64,000 nt of DNA. Source: Lentimonas sp. Its GTDB lineage: Bacteria; Verrucomicrobiota; Verrucomicrobiia; Opitutales; Coraliomargaritaceae. Positions 50,402 to 59,668 of this stretch are shown in pieces (position 1 is the first letter of the stretch; every line of letters begins with the position of its first letter). A program made the translations under genes and the position numbers. The stretch is from contig JBLHTV010000001.1 of the NCBI GenBank assembly GCA_047627755.1, positions 241 through 64,240 on the forward strand, in the 5' to 3' direction. The notes under the pieces are model-generated. The model saw only the letters and a program-made list of their open reading frames with translations. It was not told the DNA's origin and searched no databases.

Positions 50402-53275
50402 ATGCAAAAGATATCACTCATACTAGCGCTCGGTTCATCAGTCATTACACCACTCATTGCCGCTCCAGGCGATACCGCCGGGGCGAGCCTGCCGAATGTC
50501 GTATTCATATTTGCTGACGATCTCGGCGTTGGTGATGTGGCTTATTACCACGAGTATTTCATCAATCAGGGAATGGTGTCGCAAAACCATTTCAACTACG
50601 AAGGCACCACACCTGAGACAGTCATCGCGACGCCCAACATGGATCGAATTTGCGAACAAGGTATGATATTTACCGATGCGCAGCTTCCCGCCGCGCTTTG
50701 CGCACCCAACCGTTTCTGCGTGCTGACCGGCAATACGACTATCCGCTCACGTGAATTCGGAACATGGGGAAACAACGAGAGTTCGGGGCTGAATTTTGCC
50801 AACTCCAAGAATGGACAGACCGCCAAATTGATGACCTACGACAATGGCGTCGTCGTGGTAGACGGCAGTGGCAATCCGGCGACAGGCGCCATCAACGGAT
50901 TCGGAGATCGTCGAAACAACCCGCATGATACCCTCGGTAATATCCTACAAGCAGCGGGCTACCACACAGGCTACTTTGGTAAAATGCACATCGGAGGCGA
51001 CTTTTACGACTGGGATGGAGATCTGCTACGCTACAACTTTTTCCCCTCAAACCCGAATGGCTACGATGCTTACGATTATAGCCGTCAGTTTGGGCAAGGC
51101 ATGCTTGAGCACGGCTTCGACTACACCTTTGTCAGTCCCGACGGCATCCAAGGCAGACTCTACATGTATTTCGAAAACGATACCTACAAGCCGATTGATA
51201 CATTCGATCAGGATGTAGAAAACTGGTGGCCAGGCTCGATGAACAGTGCCCCCCTCGGCACCAACTCCACACTACGCTACTTTGATCCAACACGATTTAC
51301 CGGCAAAAACCTAGCCGGCCCTTTCGCAGGCACCTATGCCGCCAATACCGTTTATGGCGACAAAGGTAAACTCGTCACCACCTCCGGAAACAGTGACATG
51401 GTCAACACCCATGGCGAAATCTACGCCCGAGGCTTTGGCGACTCACGCTTTGACACCAGCGAACACGGCCCGATCCTCGCCTACCATGCGGTCAAATTTA
51501 TCGAAGAACACGTCGCAGCCAACGCCAACCAGCCATTCATGCTGTTCTACGCCGCTCCCGCGATTCACGTCCCCCTGACGCCATCCGCACATGCCCTTGG
51601 CAGCACAGGGCTAGGCAAGCGTTCGGACTTCGTAGTCGACCTGGATCAACAAGTCGGGAAAATACTCGACGCACTCGATTCGCTGAATATCGCAGACAAT
51701 ACGTTGGTCATCCTCTCCAGTGATAATGGAGGTACAGTCACCAATATCGCACAACAGGAGACCTCCAACCGTCAGCACCCCAGCGGCCCATGGCGGGGCG
51801 CCAAAAGCTCGATTTATGAAGGCGGCCACCGCGTCCCCTTCGCGTTCAAATGGGGTGACAACACAAATCTAAAATCCGTCATCGAACCGGGCACCATTTG
51901 TGATCACCATATCTCAATCATTGATGTGGCGGCATCCCTAATGGATCTAACCGGACAATCTACAGCGAGCGACCAACATCAAGATTCCATCAGCTTACTC
52001 CCCTTCCTCATGAGCGAAACCCCGAGCAGTGAAGACGCAATCCGCACGCACCATTTCTACACCATCAACAAAAGCACCGCTTACAACAAATCCGTCCGCA
52101 TGGATGATACCGAAGGCAAATGGCTCTACCTGCGGCCCTACACGCATTCCGGAACGAGCACACTGCAGGAACTAGAACTCTACGACCTCGCAACCGATCC
52201 GGGGCAGCAAACCAACCTCGCAACAGGCTATACCGACGTCGCGGATGTCCCTGCAGGCAATGCCTATAAGGCAAAATTGATAGCACTGGAGGATTGGTTT
52301 CAGAACCACAACAGCACCTTTGATGCCCGCACAGAGGAAGCACTAAACTACGATCCGAAAGGAGCAGAAGTGACTCACCAAATTGTCACTACAGGCAGCA
52401 TCGTCAGCGTGAACTTCACGAACAGTAGCGGAGGGGGTGCAATCAGCATTTTTGGCGTAGATAGCGAAGGCACAGTTTCAAGCAACTGGGAGAATCTATC
52501 AACCTCGACCAATGACCTGGCAGATGAAACAGGGATCGCCACGACGGTCGACATCACGATCCCCGGCACACCGAGCCCCACATGGTTCGGCGCGGACTAC
52601 AGTGGCACTCCCATACACGTAGGCAACCTATCCAACGGTTCCAGCAGCATCACCTTTTCCGACCTCAACGCAACATTCCCGAACGGTTACAAAGCAATTG
52701 CTTACTTGGGTGGATACACCGGCAATACCGACGCATCGATCTCGGACGGCACCACGACCTACTACTATCAAACACTTAATCCCACCCAAGTCATCTCGAG
52801 TGCCACAATCACACGAACAACGGACACAAGCAACAATAGCAGTTCCCCCACCGCGCAATACGCACTCTTTGGCAGCGAAACAATACTCAGCAGCGACAAT
52901 CTCACCCTGACACTGAGCAAACTTTCCGGTGGTGGTGCCGCCCTATGCGGAGTGCAGATCTTCGACGTCAACGTAAGCGAAGAGAGTATCATTCAATACT
53001 CCAAAACACCACTCATCGTGCCCACCAAACAGCCAAAGATCACCATCGACCCTGTCAATTTAAGCGTTGAATATAGCAACTTGGAGCTCTCACACCCTTA
53101 CACAATACTGACAACGACGGATCTCACACGACCATGGACACCGATGCCAACAGCCATCGAACTCTTCAGCGGTTCCTCCGTATCCGAACAAATCACAGAA
53201 AATGAATCCACCCAATTTTATCGCCTGAGCTACCCCGCAAAAACCACTAAGCACACATTACCACTAGGGCCATAA
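50402..53275 (+). CDS. Large modular S1 sulfatase with extra C-terminal beta domain and FYR tail
   Basis: Signal peptide; DDLG, CAPNR, GKMH, HVP and SDNGG motifs; ~290-aa extension ending STQFYRLSYP. Confidence 0.9.
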   Translation: MQKISLILALGSSVITPLIAAPGDTAGASLPNVVFIFADDLGVGDVAYYHEYFINQGMVSQNHFNYEGTTPETVIATPNMDRICEQGMIFTDAQLPAALCAPNRFCVLTGNTTIRSREFGTWGNNESSGLNFANSKNGQTAKLMTYDNGVVVVDGSGNPATGAINGFGDRRNNPHDTLGNILQAAGYHTGYFGKMHIGGDFYDWDGDLLRYNFFPSNPNGYDAYDYSRQFGQGMLEHGFDYTFVSPDGIQGRLYMYFENDTYKPIDTFDQDVENWWPGSMNSAPLGTNSTLRYFDPTRFTGKNLAGPFAGTYAANTVYGDKGKLVTTSGNSDMVNTHGEIYARGFGDSRFDTSEHGPILAYHAVKFIEEHVAANANQPFMLFYAAPAIHVPLTPSAHALGSTGLGKRSDFVVDLDQQVGKILDALDSLNIADNTLVILSSDNGGTVTNIAQQETSNRQHPSGPWRGAKSSIYEGGHRVPFAFKWGDNTNLKSVIEPGTICDHHISIIDVAASLMDLTGQSTASDQHQDSISLLPFLMSETPSSEDAIRTHHFYTINKSTAYNKSVRMDDTEGKWLYLRPYTHSGTSTLQELELYDLATDPGQQTNLATGYTDVADVPAGNAYKAKLIALEDWFQNHNSTFDARTEEALNYDPKGAEVTHQIVTTGSIVSVNFTNSSGGGAISIFGVDSEGTVSSNWENLSTSTNDLADETGIATTVDITIPGTPSPTWFGADYSGTPIHVGNLSNGSSSITFSDLNATFPNGYKAIAYLGGYTGNTDASISDGTTTYYYQTLNPTQVISSATITRTTDTSNNSSSPTAQYALFGSETILSSDNLTLTLSKLSGGGAALCGVQIFDVNVSEESIIQYSKTPLIVPTKQPKITIDPVNLSVEYSNLELSHPYTILTTTDLTRPWTPMPTAIELFSGSSVSEQITENESTQFYRLSYPAKTTKHTLPLGP

Positions 53276-53462
53276 AACAACTGCTTGACGCTGACCACAG
53301 ACCGTTGAACGCGCCCCATCCTGACACACATGGATTGAAAACTTTAAAATCCGATCCGAGCGACAAATACGGTTCAGCGAACAGTTTTAGCGCTTTGGAA
53401 ACCGATGCGGCGGCTAACATTTGCTATGATGGTGTTTTTCAAATCGGACAACCTCCTTTTTC

Positions 53463-56375
53463 ATGGACACTCTTTGCCTCAATCGCACCTGGAAATTTAA
53501 ACTCGACCCCGAGAACGTTGGTCTCAGCGAGCACTGGCAAGTCAACACACAGCAACTCGAACAAGGCTGCGTCGACATTCAAGTGCCTTCCTGCTGGGAA
53601 GAGCTGGAGCAAGACTACGAAGGTGTCGCATGGTATAGCACACAAGTCGATATCGACGCCGACAAAGTCGGCCAAATCTGCCGTATTGCCTTTCAAGCAT
53701 CCAACTACCGCACTGGAGTATGGATCAACGGCAAGGCAGTCGGCTCACATGACGGCGGCTACACTCCCTTCAATTTTGAAATACAGGACTTTCTCAACTA
53801 CGGAGCCCCCAACCAGATCACGGTGCGAATCGTCAGCCCGATCATTACCAAAGACATCCGTGTCGACGATCTTGGCCCCAACAACATGCCGCACTGGCGC
53901 GGCGGCCTCACTGCCGGCATTTGGCAGGCTGCAACGCTGGAATTCAATCAATCCGTCTGGATCCAGCACGCCTTCTACCAGCCCAAGCTAAAAGACTCGA
54001 CCTTCGACCTCGACCTCAAGCTTCGTTGCAATGAGTCCACCACGCAGACGGCGACTTTAACCATCGACGTATTCGATGCGAATGGCGACCGCGCTTATCA
54101 AACCGAACAAACATTCCAGCTACAACCGGGCAACACACTGCTCAACCATAGCATCGCACTTGAAGATGCGAAACTCTGGAGCTGCGAAATACCACACCTT
54201 TACACCGCGCACGCACGCATTTCATTGAACGGCAAAGTCGTCGCTGAATCCACTGAGCGTATCGGATTGCGTGAATTCACCTACAAGAATGAGCGTTTCT
54301 GCCTCAACGGTAAACGCATCTACCTGCGCGGCGGCTTCTGGGAGGGCGTCTATGCCAAACATCAATCGTATCCGGAATCTCGCGAAGAAGTGCGCCGCGA
54401 GATCAAGCTCGCTCAAGAAGCTGGCCTCAACTTGCTGCGCCCATGGCGACGCCCTGTCCCTCCTATGATTTTGGAAGAAGCTGACGCCGCTGGCCTACTT
54501 GTGATCGCATCCCCCGCAGTCGAGTGTATGAGCTGTTGGCCAACCGCAACGCCTGAGGCCCCCACACGGATTAAGCATGAAATTTGTCAACTCGTGCTGC
54601 GCGACCGCAACCACGCCTCCATTATTTGGTGGGAAATGTTCAATGAAGTCACGCGTATCGAACTCGCACGCTTGATGCCCGCGATGTCGCTCGCCGCACG
54701 CGAACTCGACCCGACTCGCCTCATTCTCGATGAATCCGGCGGCTGGGCCTCTGGTGCACATTTTTACCTTCCGCATAGCACTGAAAAACAAACACTCAGC
54801 GAGCTCCACAGTTATGTGCGCGCACCGGTATCTGAGAAACATTGGAAGCTCTATCAAGATCTCGGTAAAACAGACACCAATGAGGGAAACACAGAGATCA
54901 AAGCGGGCACAGGTTTGTTTGTCTCCGAATTCGGATTTGGCGGACTCCCAGAGATCGAAAAAAACTGCCAACTCTTCCAAAAGCATGGCAACGAAAAGCT
55001 CCCCGCCTATCGCCACCACCATCAGATACTAGACGCGCTCAAGCAAAGTATGGATGCCTGTGAATTCAACGACATCTACGAAAATGTAGACGCCTTCTGC
55101 CGTGCATCTCAAGCAGTGCAAGCACGTGGAAATCGACGTCAACTCGAGGCACTCCTCTCAAATGAGAATGTATCCGGATACTGCATACATGCTTTTACCG
55201 ATGGCGACTGGATTCTTGGTGCGGGCCTAATCGATCACTGGCAACGCCCCAAAGCAGCCTACCATGCCATCGCCGAGGCCAACAAAACACCATCCATCCT
55301 GTGCTTTCCTGAGCAACGAAATATCAAGCAAGGCGAGTCAGTCAATTTCTCTATCGTGCTGCGCGGCTTAAATCACTCGGTGCCGACATGCATTGAACTC
55401 TGCAATGACGACACCGCATTCAAACTCACTGATCTGGACTGGTCAGGTGAGCATAATTTCCAGCAGGCGCAGGCATACATCCCAAGCTCATTACTCAAAA
55501 CCGGGGCGAATACGATCACGATTCGCGCCTATAATTTAGAAGGACAAATCGAGCGTTCAAATACGATCGAACTGTTTGTCACTCCAGCACCTGTCACCGC
55601 GACAGAAGCAGACCTGGTCGTATATGATCCGGAAGCCGACATTACCCCCTGGCTTGACGATGCGGGCATTCGCTATACAGCCCTGTCGAATTGGTCGGCA
55701 AATGACTCGCTGACGACTTTCCTTATCGTGCCAGAGGATGCTTCAGCAGAGGCCGATTTGACATACCTCAAAGCCGCCATGCTGCGTGTCGAACAAGGCA
55801 CCGCCAATGCGCTCTACTTGGAGCCACCTGCTGAACATGACTCTGCCTGTATGCTGCAAGAGTATGAAGCCAGCAATGCTCCGGCAATCCAGAGCAATCA
55901 ACTCCTGCAATCAGGCATCTTCCCATTCAAGCTCATCGCGCGACCGTCGTTCTCATTCTGGGAATCAAGCATGCATGTCGCGAAACAGCACCCGATATTC
56001 GAAGGGCTACCGACAGACTGCATGATGGACGAGCCCTACCACGAAGTTGCTCCCGCAGAAAGTTTCTATGAGCTCGAAGCAGACGAGGCACCGGCGCAGA
56101 CCATCACCTGGTTCCGCCCTGAAGAAATCCCGACCAAAGCAGCCAAGCGCACCTATCTCGGCGGCGAGGAGCTCTGGCATGGAACTGATCTTGCAGTCAA
56201 AGCACACGGAAAAGGCAATATATTACTCAGCACACTGATATTGCGCCAAAAAGTTAGTCACGACCCGGTTGCGCAATTGCTACTGAGCAATCTATTGCAA
56301 TACTCAGACACTTTGCACACACGGCATACCTCCGCACAAACAAAGGCAGAAGCGATGACCTTCGTCGCTAAATAG
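53463..56375 (+). CDS. GH2 glycoside hydrolase, cytoplasmic
   Basis: YEGVAWY, HDGGYTPF, GIWQ, RDRNHASII.W..FNE and VSEFG motifs. No signal peptide. Confidence 0.9.
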   Translation: MDTLCLNRTWKFKLDPENVGLSEHWQVNTQQLEQGCVDIQVPSCWEELEQDYEGVAWYSTQVDIDADKVGQICRIAFQASNYRTGVWINGKAVGSHDGGYTPFNFEIQDFLNYGAPNQITVRIVSPIITKDIRVDDLGPNNMPHWRGGLTAGIWQAATLEFNQSVWIQHAFYQPKLKDSTFDLDLKLRCNESTTQTATLTIDVFDANGDRAYQTEQTFQLQPGNTLLNHSIALEDAKLWSCEIPHLYTAHARISLNGKVVAESTERIGLREFTYKNERFCLNGKRIYLRGGFWEGVYAKHQSYPESREEVRREIKLAQEAGLNLLRPWRRPVPPMILEEADAAGLLVIASPAVECMSCWPTATPEAPTRIKHEICQLVLRDRNHASIIWWEMFNEVTRIELARLMPAMSLAARELDPTRLILDESGGWASGAHFYLPHSTEKQTLSELHSYVRAPVSEKHWKLYQDLGKTDTNEGNTEIKAGTGLFVSEFGFGGLPEIEKNCQLFQKHGNEKLPAYRHHHQILDALKQSMDACEFNDIYENVDAFCRASQAVQARGNRRQLEALLSNENVSGYCIHAFTDGDWILGAGLIDHWQRPKAAYHAIAEANKTPSILCFPEQRNIKQGESVNFSIVLRGLNHSVPTCIELCNDDTAFKLTDLDWSGEHNFQQAQAYIPSSLLKTGANTITIRAYNLEGQIERSNTIELFVTPAPVTATEADLVVYDPEADITPWLDDAGIRYTALSNWSANDSLTTFLIVPEDASAEADLTYLKAAMLRVEQGTANALYLEPPAEHDSACMLQEYEASNAPAIQSNQLLQSGIFPFKLIARPSFSFWESSMHVAKQHPIFEGLPTDCMMDEPYHEVAPAESFYELEADEAPAQTITWFRPEEIPTKAAKRTYLGGEELWHGTDLAVKAHGKGNILLSTLILRQKVSHDPVAQLLLSNLLQYSDTLHTRHTSAQTKAEAMTFVAK

Positions 56376-56403
56376 CCAACATTCTTTCGCCCCCAGACCC
56401 TAA

Positions 56404-57819
56404 ATGCAGACCGAATCAGAGACTAGCTCCCCCAAGGAGTCCACGAAAGCATCGCTTCCCTTCAAAGAGAAGGTCGCATTCGGCACCGGTGAGTTTACCA
56501 ACCGTTACGGCGAAAACGGCGTCAACGACATCGCGACACCTGTTTACAACATGATTCTAGGCATGAGCCCGGCACTGATCGGCACCGTGCTGATGCTCAT
56601 GCGTCTATGGGATGCGATTACCGACCCCATCATGGGCTACGTCTCTGATAACTGGAAAAGTAAATTCGGCCGTCGAAAACCATTCCTCCTGTTCGGCTCG
56701 ATCCTTATGGCAATAACCTATCCATTGATTTGGTTTGCCTCACCCGAGTGGACTGAACAATCGAAGACCATCTACTTATTCTGCCTCTCGATCATTTTCT
56801 TTACGGCCTATACGATCTATTCAGTGCCCTTTCGAGCACTCGCCACGGAAATGACTCCAGACTATGAAGAGCGCACAACCATCCGAATCTATTCTGCCTT
56901 CTTCAATAAGATCTTTATGCTGATGCTACCATGGATCTTTCCACTCACTCAAAGTGACCTATTCTCGGATCCAGTCACAGGCATTCGTGTCTTATCCGGC
57001 ATCTCCAGCATATTAATACTAGTATCAGGGATCATTTGTGCGAAGTATCCACAAGAGCGCTACCATAAGGTCGCCGCGAACCAGGAACGCGTGCAGCTGA
57101 TCAGTAGCTTCAAGTCCTTCATCAAAGATCGCAACTTCCTCATCCTTCATGGCGTCGGCCTTGGCTTACTCTGCAGCATCTTACTCGTAGCAACGTTCGG
57201 GCTATACGTGAACATCTACTATGTATGGGAAGGCGATAAGCTTACGGGCTCTAGCTACTTCGCTGTCATGCAAAATATAATGCAAGTGTTGGGTTTCGTG
57301 ATACTCTTCGTCATCTCCAAATTTTTAATCAGTGTCGAAAAACGTAAACTCATCTTTCTTTCATTGATCGCAGCGCTCGCAGGTAGCCTCGCGCGATGGG
57401 GGACCTACAATAGCGACATCCCACAGCTCATCTTCCTCGATCCTTTCTTTTTCGCCCCAGCTTACACGATTTTTTGGGCAATTTTCCTCTCAATGCTCGG
57501 CGACTATTGCGACTATGACGAATTCACCCACGGGCAACGTCGTGAAGGCCTATTCAGCGCAATTAGCGGCTGGATCATGAAGGCCGGCAGCTCGATTGCC
57601 TTTGGCGTGTCCGGTATACTTCTAGCTTGGACACATTTCAGCCAAGAACTCGGGGGCGATCAACCCGAAGGCACGCTACTAAAGATGCGCCTATTACTGA
57701 TCGGACTACCGATTCTGTGCTTGCTGGTCGCAATGGTGCTCAATGCACGTTACCCATTGACCAAAGCACGTATGGCTGAAATCCGCAGCGAACTCGAAGC
57801 CCGTCGCGGCACCGTTTAG
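56404..57819 (+). CDS. GPH-family (MelB-like) MFS sugar:cation symporter
   Basis: RLWDAITDPIMG, GRRKPF, EMTPDYEERT and RREGLF motifs; about 12 hydrophobic segments. Confidence 0.92.
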   Translation: MQTESETSSPKESTKASLPFKEKVAFGTGEFTNRYGENGVNDIATPVYNMILGMSPALIGTVLMLMRLWDAITDPIMGYVSDNWKSKFGRRKPFLLFGSILMAITYPLIWFASPEWTEQSKTIYLFCLSIIFFTAYTIYSVPFRALATEMTPDYEERTTIRIYSAFFNKIFMLMLPWIFPLTQSDLFSDPVTGIRVLSGISSILILVSGIICAKYPQERYHKVAANQERVQLISSFKSFIKDRNFLILHGVGLGLLCSILLVATFGLYVNIYYVWEGDKLTGSSYFAVMQNIMQVLGFVILFVISKFLISVEKRKLIFLSLIAALAGSLARWGTYNSDIPQLIFLDPFFFAPAYTIFWAIFLSMLGDYCDYDEFTHGQRREGLFSAISGWIMKAGSSIAFGVSGILLAWTHFSQELGGDQPEGTLLKMRLLLIGLPILCLLVAMVLNARYPLTKARMAEIRSELEARRGTV

Positions 57820-57910
57820 CTCGCAAGACACGATGCATGATTCGAACTCTGCAACCTAAGCAGCAGAGGCGTGTCACATATATCCTTTACTGCCCCCGAT
57901 TCACATCACC

Positions 57911-59572
57911 ATGAAACGATACTTCCAGTTCTGCTCACTACTCGTTACGAGTTGTGCCGCTCTTTACGCAAAACAGCCGAATGTCATCTTCGTCATGCTC
58001 GACGACTTCGGCCACGCGCAACTCGAAACCTACGCCGAAGGCCTCACCGTTGACGATCTGGATCCGGCACTCATCGAACACGTCGCCGAGCGGGGGGAAT
58101 ATACCCCAGAGCAAGCGTTCGAAGCGGTTCGTAAAGCCAGCCCGACCCTGAGCCGCTTGGCCAACGAAGGCGCCCGCTTTAACAATGCCTTCGCCTCCAG
58201 TAATCTGTGCGCACCTGCGCGCCTGAGCGTCGCGACCGGCGTGCTCCAAAACCGCTGGGGCATTTACCGCAACATCGACACCGAGGCACATGGCTTGAAG
58301 CCGAACTCGCACCTCGCAGAGCAACTACATGCCCAAGGCTATGCGACCGCACATATCGGCAAATGGCATGTCGGCTCACGCGACTACGCAATGGTGCCGA
58401 ACTACCTGCGCGCCGCGGGCGTCGAAGCCCCGGAAAGCGTCAAAGTCAATAACAACTGGAACGCCACTTACTATAACAATAAAAACCACCAACATGTGTC
58501 GAAGAAGCTCAAAGCCGAAGGCTTTGAAGGCTCGGTCGCTCCCAAGGATCACCCACTCAACAACGGTTTCGATTATTACTTCGGCTATAACCAATGGGAG
58601 TCCCCATTCTACAATGCCACCAACGTCTGGAAGAATTTCGATCACGCAGGACTGATCCAAGGCTACAACACCGACGTCTTTACCGACGAAGCGCTGCAAT
58701 TCATGAAACAAAGCCTAGACGCGGCAAAACCTTTCTATGTGCAGCTCCATTATCACGCAGTGCATTCCCCACTCAAACCAAAGGCTCCAGCTAGCTACCA
58801 GGAACCGTTTCATTCCGGATCACGAACACTCGATAACTTCTACGCGCACATCTACGCCGTCGACCAAAACGTTCAACGTATGCTCGACTACCTCGAAACG
58901 CGTGGTGCAGCCGACAACACCATCGTCGTTTTCACTTCCGATAACGGCGGCTCCGTAGGTAATCTCTCCTGCCTGCCCGGCAACGCACCTTACCGTGGAC
59001 ACAAAGGAATGCTACTCCTCGGTGGCTTTCGCGTGCCGCTCTTCTTCCACTGGCCGAAGGGCATCCAACAACCACAACAACTCGATCAGGTCGTGTCAAC
59101 AATGGATATTATTCCGACTCTGATCGCTGCTGCAGGTGGCAAGGTCCCTACCGATATCGATGGTAAGTCACTCTTGCCGCAAGTCACTACCGGTTCGACG
59201 GAGCCCGTGCGCGACTACTTTGCCGTCGGCGGTATCCATGCACGCGTCTGGGGCTTCCATGGAGCGAGCTCCTTCTTCACCCACAATGTCTCACGCGAAA
59301 AAGCCCCCGCAGGCTACATCGTAGCCGACAATCGCTACATCCTTCGCTATGTCGGTCCAATCATACCAGACCTCTACAAAGACGCCGTCGAAGGCCTACC
59401 AGAGTCGTTTGAAATCTATGACTACATCAATGACCCCATGGAACAGACCAACCTCATCCATCAACTCCCCGAAAAAACAGCTCAACTCAAGGCCATCTGG
59501 AAAAAGGAATCCGCTGCATTTCCAGCGCCAATAAAATGGGATCTGCCCAAGTGGGAAATGATGATGCAATAA
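57911..59572 (+). CDS. S1 sulfatase (YdeN-like)
   Basis: DDFGHAQL, AFEAVRKASPTL insertion, CAPAR, GKWH and SDNGG motifs. Confidence 0.9.
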   Translation: MKRYFQFCSLLVTSCAALYAKQPNVIFVMLDDFGHAQLETYAEGLTVDDLDPALIEHVAERGEYTPEQAFEAVRKASPTLSRLANEGARFNNAFASSNLCAPARLSVATGVLQNRWGIYRNIDTEAHGLKPNSHLAEQLHAQGYATAHIGKWHVGSRDYAMVPNYLRAAGVEAPESVKVNNNWNATYYNNKNHQHVSKKLKAEGFEGSVAPKDHPLNNGFDYYFGYNQWESPFYNATNVWKNFDHAGLIQGYNTDVFTDEALQFMKQSLDAAKPFYVQLHYHAVHSPLKPKAPASYQEPFHSGSRTLDNFYAHIYAVDQNVQRMLDYLETRGAADNTIVVFTSDNGGSVGNLSCLPGNAPYRGHKGMLLLGGFRVPLFFHWPKGIQQPQQLDQVVSTMDIIPTLIAAAGGKVPTDIDGKSLLPQVTTGSTEPVRDYFAVGGIHARVWGFHGASSFFTHNVSREKAPAGYIVADNRYILRYVGPIIPDLYKDAVEGLPESFEIYDYINDPMEQTNLIHQLPEKTAQLKAIWKKESAAFPAPIKWDLPKWEMMMQ

Positions 59573-59668
59573 TAAATCATTTCAAACAGCCATCAAATCA
59601 GTGCACACTACTATTCGCGGCCGACTCGAAGCCATCTCCTAAGTCATGAATATGGCCATGCCTTTCTT

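Noticed and set aside
53305-53991. 228-aa alternative-frame ORF, and similar long shadow ORFs (e.g. 48688-49449, 25069-25752, 63326-63634)
   Set aside because: They overlap well-supported genes. The Ser/Thr/Arg-rich or antisense composition is typical of off-frame ORFs in GC-rich coding DNA.
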